64,000 nt of DNA from Planctomycetota bacterium (GCA_044225365.1 JBGAIQ010000017.1:32001-96000), one strand, 5' to 3'; shown: positions 18,360 to 27,883, numbered from the stretch's first letter. A program made the numbers and translations. The notes: generated from the sequence alone by a model not told the origin.

Positions 18360-19118
18360 TCAGCGTTTCTTGTGCTTCGAACCCTTGAAGATCGACTTGA
18401 GGCCGTCGAGGTCGATCGTCTCGCCGCTGAGGACGTTGCCCAGGTCCGTGGGGAGGCCCGCTCGGGTCGACGCGCTCGCGGAGATCGCGCCGAACACTTG
18501 CTCGAGGATCCCCGCGAAGTCGACGGGCTGGCGCTCGCCGTTCGCGCCGGTGTTTCCGATGTCCTCGAGGGTGATCGTCGGAAGAGTGAAGGTCAGGTCG
18601 GCCTTCAGAAACGCGTCGGCCGACACATGGACCTGCGCTTCCTCGATGACGATGCGTTCGACGAGGAACTGTCGTTTCTCATCGGGCTCGCGGTCCGCAC
18701 GCGCGCGGCGAGGTTCGTGCGCACGCTTTTCGCGCCGTGATTCGAGCCGCTTCAGGAAGTGGCCGAGGTTCGAACCACCCTTGCCGATCTCGAGCGTGAT
18801 CTCGGGGCGCTGGACGTGGATCTCGTCGAGCGTGATGACGTCGGAGAGGAGCGACGTGATCTTGCAGTCGACGCCGACGTCCTCGATGCGGACGCACTTC
18901 ACCGTCTTGAATCCTTGAGGCCCGGACACTTCGATGCCGCCGATGTCGAGTTGCCCCGCGAGCAGCCCGACGGTGATCGACTGGCACGAGAACGGTACAC
19001 CGAGCGCGGCGGTGCCCGCGGCGGAGATGCCGTCGACGATCAACTTGCCGATGAAGGTCTTCGCGCCCCAGGTCGTACCGATGAGCACGAGAACGAGGGT
19101 GATGAAGAATCGTTTCAT
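18360..19118 (-). CDS. AsmA-family (lipid-transfer-like) membrane-anchored protein
   Basis: N-terminal TM anchor, SITVGLLAGQLDIGGIEV, EIHVQRPEITLE..GGSNL and LPTITLEDIG. Confidence 0.7.
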   Translation of the reverse strand: MKRFFITLVLVLIGTTWGAKTFIGKLIVDGISAAGTAALGVPFSCQSITVGLLAGQLDIGGIEVSGPQGFKTVKCVRIEDVGVDCKITSLLSDVITLDEIHVQRPEITLEIGKGGSNLGHFLKRLESRREKRAHEPRRARADREPDEKRQFLVERIVIEEAQVHVSADAFLKADLTFTLPTITLEDIGNTGANGERQPVDFAGILEQVFGAISASASTRAGLPTDLGNVLSGETIDLDGLKSIFKGSKHKKR

Positions 19119-19157
19119 GGGGCCTTTCCGGAGACGGCGATACGGCGCGACGGGCGA

Positions 19158-20795
19158 TCAGCGCGTCAGCTTCACGACCTTGACGTCGGAGCGACTCTCG
19201 TTTCCGGCGGTGTCGCGGGCGACGATGCGGATGCCGAGGCGCGTTGCGTTCGCGGGCGCGGCGTCCTTGATGACGCAACGCCATTGCGAGCCGCCCATGA
19301 AGCGCGCCTCGCCTTCCTGGCTGGGCTCGAGCGTGGCGTCGGCGTCGGTTCCGAAGGCGAACAGGCAACGCAGAGTGAGCCAGGTGCGGCCGTCGTCGAG
19401 CGAGTCATCGCGCGCGCGCACGCGCAGGACGAAGGGGCCCGCGGCGGGAGATGGATCGGGCAACGACTCGATCGCCTGGATGCGCGGGGCGAGGTGGTCC
19501 TTCGGGCCTTCGTTCACGTAGAGGCCGCAGGGAGGTTGTTTCGCGCCGATGCGCTCGAGGCCGTTCGCCGTGACGAGATCGTAGTCGCCGTCGTTGTCGA
19601 GATCGGCGACGCCGATGTCGAGCGTCGGATCCTTGACGGCTTCGATGACGCCGTCGGCGAGTTCGAACTTCAGGTCGCCCGAGTTCTTCAGGAGTTTCTC
19701 GCGCGGGCCGAGGGAGCCGACGACGACGTCGAGGTCGCCGTCCTGGTCGTAGTCGAGGAAGACGAGGTCGTTGTCGTCGTCCTGCGTGATCGCGGCGCCG
19801 GATTCGAACTTCGCGTGGCCGGTTTCCTTCAGCAGGTTCTTCGCGGGGCCTTCGCCGAAGGGGAAGTTTCGGTCCGGGCCGTCGACCTTGGCGAGACTGA
19901 TGAAGAAGAGGTCCTCGTCGCCATCACCGTCGAGGTCGGCGTCGTCGGCTTCGTACACCTCGCCGCTCGTGACGGGGAGCGCGTCGCTGCCGTCCGTGAA
20001 GTTGCCCTTGCCGTCGTTCCACATGAGGTAGTGGCCGAGTCCGCGATCCTCCGCCTTGTTCGGACCGAAGAAGTCGAGGTCGAAATCGCCGTCGAGGTCG
20101 CAGAGATTGATGCCCTGATGCGTCGTCTTCACGGTGGCGGGGAACTGCTCGTGGGTCGATTCCTTGAAGAAGCCCTTCCCATCGTTGAGGTAGAGGCGCG
20201 GTTTGCCGCCCGGGAAGTCCGCCCACTTCGGGCCGGTGTCGGCGATCAGGAGGTCGAGGTCGCCGTCGTTGTCGATGTCACCGAAATCGGCGCTGGCCGA
20301 GGAGAGCGCCTCGGTGAGGCCGCGCTCGTCGCTCTGCATCGAGAAGAAGCCGGGCTTCTTGGCGCCGCGATTGATGTACAGGTAGGGCGGAGCGCGGTTG
20401 AAACCGTTGCAGTAGAGGAGGTCGAGGAAGCCGTCGGCGTCGACGTCGGCGGTGAGGACATCGCGTGCGTTCGATTCCTCGTTGCCGAGGCGGGCGACGC
20501 TGACGTCTTCGAACGTCATCGGGCCCTTGTCGAGGGCGTTCAGGAAGAGCGCGTTCTGGTGGCGCCGACCCGGGCGGTCCCAACCCTCGCCGCGCGCGAA
20601 GAGGACGTCGATGTCGCCGTCGTTGTCGATGTCGCCGAATCCGACTCCTTCCGTCCAGAAGGTCTCGGTTCCGAAGGCGTCCTTCACGAAGCGAAACTGA
20701 GGCTTGGCGGGCCCCGGCTCGGGCGGCTTCTCCGTGGCGGGGGCTTGGAACACGACGAAGAGGAACGGCGCGGCCGCGCCAAGGAGTGGGCTCAT
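19158..20795 (-). CDS. Secreted FG-GAP/VCBS repeat (Ca-binding beta-propeller) protein
   Basis: Seven DxDxDGxxD repeats (e.g. GDIDNDGDID, ADVDADGFLD, GDIDNDGDLD, CDLDGDFDLD) and a hydrophobic N-terminus. The start codon is uncertain. Confidence 0.82.
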   Translation of the reverse strand: MSPLLGAAAPFLFVVFQAPATEKPPEPGPAKPQFRFVKDAFGTETFWTEGVGFGDIDNDGDIDVLFARGEGWDRPGRRHQNALFLNALDKGPMTFEDVSVARLGNEESNARDVLTADVDADGFLDLLYCNGFNRAPPYLYINRGAKKPGFFSMQSDERGLTEALSSASADFGDIDNDGDLDLLIADTGPKWADFPGGKPRLYLNDGKGFFKESTHEQFPATVKTTHQGINLCDLDGDFDLDFFGPNKAEDRGLGHYLMWNDGKGNFTDGSDALPVTSGEVYEADDADLDGDGDEDLFFISLAKVDGPDRNFPFGEGPAKNLLKETGHAKFESGAAITQDDDNDLVFLDYDQDGDLDVVVGSLGPREKLLKNSGDLKFELADGVIEAVKDPTLDIGVADLDNDGDYDLVTANGLERIGAKQPPCGLYVNEGPKDHLAPRIQAIESLPDPSPAAGPFVLRVRARDDSLDDGRTWLTLRCLFAFGTDADATLEPSQEGEARFMGGSQWRCVIKDAAPANATRLGIRIVARDTAGNESRSDVKVVKLTR

Positions 20796-20845
20796 GGGCG
20801 CAGAATCTACGGATCCAAGGTGAAAACCGCGACGACTTTGACCCG

Positions 20846-20939
20846 CGGCGGCGGCGGCTGCGATCCGTGACCGCCGGCGGCGGCGGCTGCGATCCGTGAC
20901 CGCCAAAGGCCGGCGGCGGCGGCTGCGATCCGTAACCGC
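20846..20939. repeat. Three copies of a 29-bp unit CGGCGGCGGCGGCTGCGATCCGT(G/A)ACCGC
   Basis: Copies at 20846-20874, 20875-20903 and 20911-20939 (7-nt insert CAAAGGC), in a divergent intergenic region. Confidence 0.88.
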
Positions 20940-21071
20940 CGGTTCGCGGGGGCGGTTTCGCAGGCCGAGATGGGCAGGATTGCGAAACTGGGTTATTTAT
21001 ACTGGATTGGCGGGTGCCCGGCGGCGATCGCTGCGAGTCCCGACCCGAATGCCTGCTTGCGGAGAACGTCC

Positions 21072-22445
21072 ATGGTCTCGAGTCTCATGATGCTCGCACT
21101 TCTCCTGGCTCCGACCGAACCTGCCGCGGCGGCGAAAGCGCGCGTCGCGCTCGAGGGCGAGTACCTCGAGGTTCGAACCTGCGACGTCTACACAGGGCCC
21201 TGCTTCGCCAACGCCGAAGTGAACGAAGTCGGCAAGGAAGCAACCGTCGCCTGGAAGTTCACCGCTGGCGATCGCGACGGCGTGGCGCTCGATGGCAAGA
21301 GCGTCGTCGCCGTGATTCGCAATCTGAACACGCTCGGGAAGCCACGGACCGAAGTGAAGGCGCTGGAAACGGCGATCTTCGTCGATTCGACGGCGACCGG
21401 GGCGCAGCAGGCCGCGCTGGCTGCATTCGCGAAGGAGCGTCTCGGGGCCTATTCCACCGCCGAACCGTCGGTACGCGCCGTTCCGATCGAGATGGAGACC
21501 GGCTGCTGCGCGAAGAAGGGTTGCGCGAAGATGCGGGCCGGCACCGAGCTCGCGATCGACACGCGCTGCGTGTGCGAACTCGACAAGCACTGTGGTAACG
21601 AGACCCTCTTCTATCCCCCGTTGACGCAAGGCGTCGAAGTCATCCCGGCGGTAGCGACCGAGCACACCGTTCGCACCGACCTCATCTCGGTTCAGTTCTC
21701 CGATCGCGAATCGCGCGGCGCGATGACCGGCCACTTCCAAGTGATCGCGGACGACACGAAATCGGGCACGCCAACGAGCCAGCAGGCCGACACCGACAAG
21801 AAGGTCGCTCCCGCGAGCGGCACGTTCGAACTCCAGTCGCTCGACACCGAAGCGCTGCCGAAGGAAGTCCCGGACGCGTTCCAAAAGGTCGTGGGCAAGC
21901 AATGCCTCCGGCTCGTCGGCGCGGACAAGAAGCCGGTCTACGACCTCTGGCTGCGCTCGGAGATCGCGTTCAACGACAAGGTGAAGCCCAGCCTCGCGAT
22001 CAAGTTCGGGCAGATTCCGCTCGGCGAACTCGTCGGGGTGATCCGCACCTACGGCGGAACCAAGGACTTTCGAGACGACGCGGTGAAGGCCGGCGTCTTC
22101 GCGCTGCGCTACGCCATCCAGCCCGAGAACGGCAACCACATGGGCACGGCGCCGAATCGCGATTTCTTCCTGTGCACGTCGTTCGCGGACGACACCAGCG
22201 TGGACGCGATCTCCGACATGAAGAAGCTCGGCGAGATGTCGATCGACGCCGGCGGGGAGCACCCCATCTGCTTCCACATGCGACCCGTCGACGGCGAAGC
22301 GCCCAAGACCGCGACCCTTCGCCACGACGAGGAGAAGAACCTCTGGATCGCCGACCTCGTGCTCGCCGGCAAGGCGGGCGAGAAGAAGGAGGCGACGAAG
22401 GTTCGTTTCGGTCTCGTCTTGATCGGAGTCTCCGAGAGTCTGTAA
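21072..22445 (+). CDS. Secreted DUF1326-like Cys-rich domain fused to an uncharacterised C-terminal domain
   Basis: GGAG RBS and signal peptide. GEYLEVRTCDVYTGPCFAN...AWK...G..DGVALDG is DUF1326-like. A second domain carries RYAIQPENGNHMG. Confidence 0.72.
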   Translation: MVSSLMMLALLLAPTEPAAAAKARVALEGEYLEVRTCDVYTGPCFANAEVNEVGKEATVAWKFTAGDRDGVALDGKSVVAVIRNLNTLGKPRTEVKALETAIFVDSTATGAQQAALAAFAKERLGAYSTAEPSVRAVPIEMETGCCAKKGCAKMRAGTELAIDTRCVCELDKHCGNETLFYPPLTQGVEVIPAVATEHTVRTDLISVQFSDRESRGAMTGHFQVIADDTKSGTPTSQQADTDKKVAPASGTFELQSLDTEALPKEVPDAFQKVVGKQCLRLVGADKKPVYDLWLRSEIAFNDKVKPSLAIKFGQIPLGELVGVIRTYGGTKDFRDDAVKAGVFALRYAIQPENGNHMGTAPNRDFFLCTSFADDTSVDAISDMKKLGEMSIDAGGEHPICFHMRPVDGEAPKTATLRHDEEKNLWIADLVLAGKAGEKKEATKVRFGLVLIGVSESL

Positions 22446-22455
22446 TCGCGGAGTG

Positions 22456-23358
22456 ATGTTCCGCGCCCGAGGTCTCTTCGCCATCCTCGTGTCGTTCGTG
22501 CCGTTCGCCGCCTGCTCGAATCGGCCGGACGACGTCTCGTACGGCCCCTATCGTTCATTGATCGAGATCGTCGCGGAAATCGATTCCGCGCGCGACGCGG
22601 ACATCTATCGCTTCGAGCCGCCGCGCGATGTCACCGGGGAGAACCTGTTCCGAGCCAGCCTTGCTCGCCTTGCCAAGCTCGAAGAACTCGTCGCGGATCC
22701 CGCCTTGAAGCCTGCGATCTCTTTCGCACGGGCTGAGGCCTCCGAGCGACTCCTCGATTTCGGAACCGCGGCGAAGCTCTACGCCGAAGTCGCGAACGGG
22801 AAGAGCGGTCTCGCCGCGAAGTCCGCGAAGGCGCTGCCGTTCGCGAAGCGCCTCGCCGAACTCACCGAGCCATTCCCCGAACAGGCGACGCCTGCGGACA
22901 TCTTGGGCCCCATCGAGCGAAGGCGTTCCGATCTCGTCGCGGAGCGCGACGCATGGAAGTCGGATCCTCGCAAGTGTCTCGTCGACGTCGCGATCGAACA
23001 GCTCGACGTGCGGCGTCGAGAGTTCCTGTGGAAGTTCCGAGCCGCGCTTCCGGATGGCACGAATCAGGCCATCGACGCCGGGGAGAAGGTCGCGAGGAAT
23101 CACGCCGAGAGTCGTCGACTGCTCGAGCATCTGCTTCGACTCGGCGACATGTATGCCGAACTCGTCAACTCACAACTCTCGATCGTCGACCCGCACGATC
23201 ACGCGTTCGATGCCTCACGAGCCCGAAACCTGATCCAGGCCGCGGCGCAGGTCTATGCCGAGGTCGCCGCCGTCGATGGTCGGATCGAACGCGAGGAGGC
23301 TCGCGCGAAACTCGCTGCCCTCGACGCGCTCGAAGCGAGATTCAAACCGGGAAAGTGA
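22456..23358 (+). CDS. Alpha-helical (TPR-like) lipoprotein
   Basis: Lipobox FAAC and Ala/Leu-rich helical repeats. Lies 10 nt after the upstream gene. Confidence 0.65.
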   Translation: MFRARGLFAILVSFVPFAACSNRPDDVSYGPYRSLIEIVAEIDSARDADIYRFEPPRDVTGENLFRASLARLAKLEELVADPALKPAISFARAEASERLLDFGTAAKLYAEVANGKSGLAAKSAKALPFAKRLAELTEPFPEQATPADILGPIERRRSDLVAERDAWKSDPRKCLVDVAIEQLDVRRREFLWKFRAALPDGTNQAIDAGEKVARNHAESRRLLEHLLRLGDMYAELVNSQLSIVDPHDHAFDASRARNLIQAAAQVYAEVAAVDGRIEREEARAKLAALDALEARFKPGK

Positions 23359-23361
23359 CAC

Positions 23362-23388
23362 GAGACGTCGTGGCCGAGCCGACGTCTC
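23362..23388. terminator. Hairpin between convergent genes (possible bidirectional terminator)
   Basis: Perfect 9-bp inverted repeat GAGACGTCG/CGACGTCTC with a 9-nt loop. There is no U-tract. Confidence 0.45.
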
Positions 23389-25395
23389 TCAGGCCCCGGC
23401 GAATACCGTGACGCGATTTCGCCCGTTGTGCTTGCTCGTATAGAGCGCCTCGTCCGCGGCCTTCAGGAGGTCGTCGTAGTGGCGCATCGAGTGCACTCGT
23501 TCAGCGACCCCGACGCTGATCGTCACGCACTGATCGAAGGTCTTGAACTGGATCTTGTGAGCCGCGACGGTTGCGCGGAGGCGCTCCGCGATCTGCGTCG
23601 TGCTCGGAAGATCGGCACCGGGACAGATCACGACGAATTCTTCGCCGCCGAGTCGGCACACACGATCGCTCGCGCGCAGGTTTCGGGCGAGCGTCTGACT
23701 CACTTCCTTGAGGACGATGTCGCCGACGTCGTGGCCGAAGCCATCGTTGACCTTCTTGAAGAAGTCGATGTCGATTCCGATCACGCAGCAGCGGTCCTCG
23801 GAAGCCGGATTGACGAACACTTCCTCGAGCAGCTTGATCGCGAATCGACGATTCGGGAGGTTCGTGAGTGCGTCCGTGACGGCCGTTTGTCGCAACTTGC
23901 GATTGAGGATCGCCATCTGCGCGAGTTGGTCGCGCATGCGGACGTGATCGCGTTCGACGCGATCCTGAAGGCGCGCGAGTCGCTCGCCGGCGGTAACTCG
24001 AGCGAGGAGGACCGGCGGATTGATCGGCTTCGACACGTAGTCGTCGGCGCCGGCCTCGAATGCCTTGATGACGTGGGCTTCGTCGTCGATTCCCGTGAGC
24101 ACGAGCACGTACATCTTGCGCCCGATCTCGGTATCGCGGAGTCGGGCGCATACGGCCACGCCGTCGAGTTCCGGCATCTGCCAGTCCGTCACGACGATGT
24201 GCGGATTGTGTTCGAGAGCCTGAGCAAGGGCCTCCTTGCCGTCCTTCGCCTCGATGACCTGGAAGCCGACCTTCTTCAGGTGGGAACCCAGGACTCGGCG
24301 CGTGATCGGATCGTCGTCCGCGATCAGTACGGTCATCTGATTGCGCGTGAGCTCTTCGTTCTTCCAGCGCTCGAACGTGGCTTCGATCGACTGATCGGTG
24401 GACTTGCGAGCAGAAGTCGGTGCCGAGGCGACGGTCTTCGCCGCGGGCGTCGCGGCGGCCGGCGGGACCGGTGCGCTCGCGTTCTGCTTCGCGACCTCGG
24501 CGAGTTCCTTCAGCGCCGAAACTCGTTGCGTCGTGAGGCCGAGCAGCTTGCCCCAGTCCTGCCACTCGCGGGCAGCGATATCGCAGATTCGATACAGCTC
24601 GTCGAGTTCCAGGCCCGGCTCTTCGCGGCAAACCGCATGGAGGCGTTCGATGGGGGGCGCGATGTCCTTCAGCTGCGCCATGAAGACCTGTGCTGCCGGG
24701 AAGGCGAGGCGCAGGATGCGCCGGAGCTTGGCGGCAAGCGGGGGCCCTCCGACCTTGGGCACCGAGCGTTGTCCGACCGACGCGACCGCTTCGCGATGAG
24801 GTTCCGGCAAGCGCCAGTCCTGGAGCATCGCGGCCGCGACTTCGCGGTGATTGATGCCGAACCGTTCGGACTCGAGTGTTGCGATCTGATCGTCGGTCGC
24901 CGTGCTCTGCGCGAGGATCATCTCGCCGTAGGGTTGTGGATGCACCGTTGCGAGCGCGAGCTTGCCGATCGTGGCGAGCAATCCGCAGATGTAGGCCTCG
25001 GCCGGCTGCGCCATTCGCGTCTCGCGCGCAATCGTCTGCGCGATGATCGCGCGGGCGAGCGCTTCGGACCAGAATCGATTGAAGTCGAAGTTGTTGCAGC
25101 GACCCGTGCGGTAACTCGAGACGAGCGAGAATCCGAGCGCCACGTTGCGTACCGCGGAGACGCCGAGACGCACGACCGCCTCGCCGACCGTCGCGATCTC
25201 CTTGACGCCGCCGACCTGTGCACTGTTCGACATCTTGAGGAGTCGGCCCGTGAGCGCCGGGTCCGACTGGATCGTCTGCGCCAGTTGCTCGGCGGAGAAG
25301 TCCTCGTTCTGTGTGAGTTGGAGGATCTGCAGTCCCACGCCGGATGGCGACGGCAGATTTCCGGTGAGCTTGAGTTCGTCGAAGGTCGGATTCAT
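23389..25395 (-). CDS. HDOD-REC-GGDEF diguanylate cyclase response regulator
   Basis: HDOD (LPSP...IQSDPALTGRLLKMSNS), receiver (ADDD, TDWQMP, SKP), GGEEF active site and RASD I-site. Confidence 0.9.
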   Translation of the reverse strand: MNPTFDELKLTGNLPSPSGVGLQILQLTQNEDFSAEQLAQTIQSDPALTGRLLKMSNSAQVGGVKEIATVGEAVVRLGVSAVRNVALGFSLVSSYRTGRCNNFDFNRFWSEALARAIIAQTIARETRMAQPAEAYICGLLATIGKLALATVHPQPYGEMILAQSTATDDQIATLESERFGINHREVAAAMLQDWRLPEPHREAVASVGQRSVPKVGGPPLAAKLRRILRLAFPAAQVFMAQLKDIAPPIERLHAVCREEPGLELDELYRICDIAAREWQDWGKLLGLTTQRVSALKELAEVAKQNASAPVPPAAATPAAKTVASAPTSARKSTDQSIEATFERWKNEELTRNQMTVLIADDDPITRRVLGSHLKKVGFQVIEAKDGKEALAQALEHNPHIVVTDWQMPELDGVAVCARLRDTEIGRKMYVLVLTGIDDEAHVIKAFEAGADDYVSKPINPPVLLARVTAGERLARLQDRVERDHVRMRDQLAQMAILNRKLRQTAVTDALTNLPNRRFAIKLLEEVFVNPASEDRCCVIGIDIDFFKKVNDGFGHDVGDIVLKEVSQTLARNLRASDRVCRLGGEEFVVICPGADLPSTTQIAERLRATVAAHKIQFKTFDQCVTISVGVAERVHSMRHYDDLLKAADEALYTSKHNGRNRVTVFAGA

Positions 25396-25454
25396 GTTCA
25401 CTTCGGGTGCCCTACACGACGTTGGCGGTTTCAGAACGGGACCGGCGCGGAATC

Positions 25455-25835
25455 TCAGCCATCGATCTTGCGAAGCGCGGCTCCCGCGCTCTCGAACTCT
25501 CGCATCGCTTTCATGACGAGGGGTTCGACGCCTTCGAGGTTGCCCGTGCGACCGCGTTGTTCGAGTTCCTTGCAGAGCTCGGCGAGGATGCGAGCACCCA
25601 TGTTCCCAGCACTCGACTTCAAGCCGTGAGCGGCTCGCTCGAGCGCCTCCGCTTGCGCAGCCTTCGCGGCAAGGCTCATCGCCTCGAGGCGCGGGGGAGA
25701 ATCGGCGAGGAACGTTTCGACGAGCTCTTTGAAGAGCGTCGGATCCGAATCTCCAAGGTCGAGCAGCGACTTGATGACCTCGGCGTCGAGACACTCGGGA
25801 AGAGTCGACAGAGCAGGGTATTCTTTGTCCGACAT
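25455..25835 (-). CDS. Stand-alone Hpt (histidine phosphotransfer) protein
   Basis: AAHGLKSSAGNMGA motif, with a GGAGGTG RBS upstream. Confidence 0.88.
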   Translation of the reverse strand: MSDKEYPALSTLPECLDAEVIKSLLDLGDSDPTLFKELVETFLADSPPRLEAMSLAAKAAQAEALERAAHGLKSSAGNMGARILAELCKELEQRGRTGNLEGVEPLVMKAMREFESAGAALRKIDG

Positions 25836-26054
25836 TGCTCGGCTCACCTCCGTCGGGGTGGATCTCCCTCTCCTATCGGCGATCGAAGTCCTTGAACTCG
25901 ATCGGAACGATTCAGGAAAGATCCTCACGCCACTCGCATTCTCTCGAGTTGCATCGCTGAAACATATCGACGCGAATCGGGCGCTTCCTGAAGACGCGAT
26001 CGCGATGGTGAGAACTTTTCTGCCGAATCGGGACGCGTCGGTCGCAGCAGCCGT

Positions 26055-27572
26055 TCAGAGGTCGAACTTCACGCCTTGGGCGAGGGGCAACGCCGTTCCG
26101 TAGTTGATCGTGTTGGTCTGGCGCCGCATGTAGGCCTTCCAGCTGTCCGACCCCGATTCCCGACCACCGCCGGTCTCCTTCTCACCGCCGAAGGCCCCGC
26201 CGATCTCCGCACCCGATGTGCCGATGTTGACGTTCGCGATGCCGCAGTCGGATCCCGCCGCCGACAGGAAGAGCTCGGCCCGTCGCAGATCGGTCGTGAA
26301 GATCGCGGAGGACAGACCTTGATCGACGTCGTTCTGTAGTGCGATCGCCTCGTGCACGTCCTTCACCTTGAACGTGTACAGAATGGGAGCAAAGGTCTCC
26401 TCGCGCCAGATCGACATCGAAGCATGGGATGCGACGATCGCGGGTTCGACGAAGAATCCCTTGCGTGTGACGCGTTTTCCGCCGACCAGGACCTTGCCGC
26501 CTTGGTGGGTCGCCTTCTCGAGCGCCGCCATCATCTGATCGATCGCGCGTTCGCGGATCAGTGGGCCCATGAGCGTGCCGCTCTCCATGGGATCGCCGAT
26601 CCGGACCGAGCCGTACGCTTTCACGAGCCGTGCGACGAATGCGTCGTGGATCTTTTCGTGGATCAGCAGACGGCGCGTCGTCGTGCACCGTTGACCCGCC
26701 GTTCCGACCGCGCCGAAAGCGACGGCCCGCAATGCGAGATCGAGATCGGCGTCCTCCATGAGCAGGATCGCGTTGTTGCCACCGAGCTCGAGCAGCGTGC
26801 GGCCGAGCCGGCCGTGCACCACCGAGGCGACGCGCTTGCCCATGCGGCAACTGCCGGTCGCGGAGACCAGCGGGATGCGCTTGTCCTGCGCCATCGCTTC
26901 GCCGAGGGATGCGCCCCCGAGAGCGAGATTGAAGACGCCCGCGATGTCGTGGCGCTTCACGATCGGCTCGATGATCTTGTGCACCGCGAGGGCGGTGAGG
27001 GGCGTCAATTCGGACGGCTTCCAGATCATCACGTCGCCGCACACGGCTGCGAGCATCGCGTTCCAGGCCCACACCGCGACCGGGAAGTTGAACGCCGTGA
27101 TGATCGACACGATTCCGAGCGGATGCCACTGTTCGTACATCCGATGCATCGAGCGTTCGCTGTGCATCGAGAGTCCGTAGAGTTGGCGTGACAGGCCGAC
27201 CGCGAAGTCGGCGATGTCGATCATCTCCTGGACCTCGCCTTCGCCCTCCGACAGGACCTTTCCGACTTCCAGCGAGACCAACTTGCCGAGGGCGCTCTTC
27301 TTCTCGCGCAGGGCGTCGCCGATCTGCCGCACGATCTCGCCGCGCTTCGGCGCCGGCAGGAGCCGCCACTTCAGGAACGCCTGCTCCGCGCCTTTCATGA
27401 GGCGCTCGTACGTGGCCGCGTCGCAGTCGCGGATCCTCGTGAGCGAGCTGCCCGTGGAGGGGTCGACGGATTCGGAGAACGTCTCGCCGCGCGTCTCGTA
27501 GGAGTTCATCCCGTCGTGCGCCGCGAAGGTGAGGTCTCCGAGTCCGAGTTCGGTCAGCACGGGATGAGTCAT
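26055..27572 (-). CDS. Aldehyde dehydrogenase, ALDH7/piperideine-6-carboxylate dehydrogenase-like
   Basis: ITAFNFPVAVWAWN, LELGGNN, catalytic GQRCTT and GAEIGGAFGGEKETGGGRESGSD. Confidence 0.92.
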   Translation of the reverse strand: MTHPVLTELGLGDLTFAAHDGMNSYETRGETFSESVDPSTGSSLTRIRDCDAATYERLMKGAEQAFLKWRLLPAPKRGEIVRQIGDALREKKSALGKLVSLEVGKVLSEGEGEVQEMIDIADFAVGLSRQLYGLSMHSERSMHRMYEQWHPLGIVSIITAFNFPVAVWAWNAMLAAVCGDVMIWKPSELTPLTALAVHKIIEPIVKRHDIAGVFNLALGGASLGEAMAQDKRIPLVSATGSCRMGKRVASVVHGRLGRTLLELGGNNAILLMEDADLDLALRAVAFGAVGTAGQRCTTTRRLLIHEKIHDAFVARLVKAYGSVRIGDPMESGTLMGPLIRERAIDQMMAALEKATHQGGKVLVGGKRVTRKGFFVEPAIVASHASMSIWREETFAPILYTFKVKDVHEAIALQNDVDQGLSSAIFTTDLRRAELFLSAAGSDCGIANVNIGTSGAEIGGAFGGEKETGGGRESGSDSWKAYMRRQTNTINYGTALPLAQGVKFDL

Positions 27573-27732
27573 GGTCGTTCCGTTGTAGGCGATTCGTGCC
27601 CGGTGTTCGTCCGCGACGGATCTCTCGCGCGACGGAGCAAGAGACTCTCGCAGGAATTCGCCCGTCAATCAATCCAATTGGGGTAGGGCAAGTGGGGATG
27701 GCGTTGGACTCGCGACACGGTACGATGACCTC

Positions 27733-27883
27733 GCCGGAGCCGCGGCGCAGAGAACCTTCCCTCCAAGAAAGGGATTGCCTCGAACGCAGCGCGATCGACA
27801 GCACGAGTCGGTTGCATTCCTTCTTCCTTTCCACGGAACGCGAAGAAGGCCCCTGTCGGGAAGGCACGCGACGCAGCTCCGGC
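27733..27883 (+). ncRNA. Candidate structured ncRNA (~150 nt), possibly 6S RNA-like
   Basis: TACGAT -10 box at 27721-27726. The 5' and 3' ends pair over 14/16 nt. Nested stem CCTTCCC/GGGAAGG and internal hairpins at 27791-27815 and 27819-27849. Confidence 0.45.

Noticed and set aside
20846-20939. Possible mini CRISPR array (29-bp repeats)
   Set aside because: The units are adjacent or 7 nt apart, there are no unique spacers, and no cas genes are in the window.
27665-27817. 50-aa minus-strand ORF behind a purine-rich SD-like run
   Set aside because: It has no recognisable protein features, and the purine run is explained as one arm of the plus-strand RNA structure. It is not strictly excluded.
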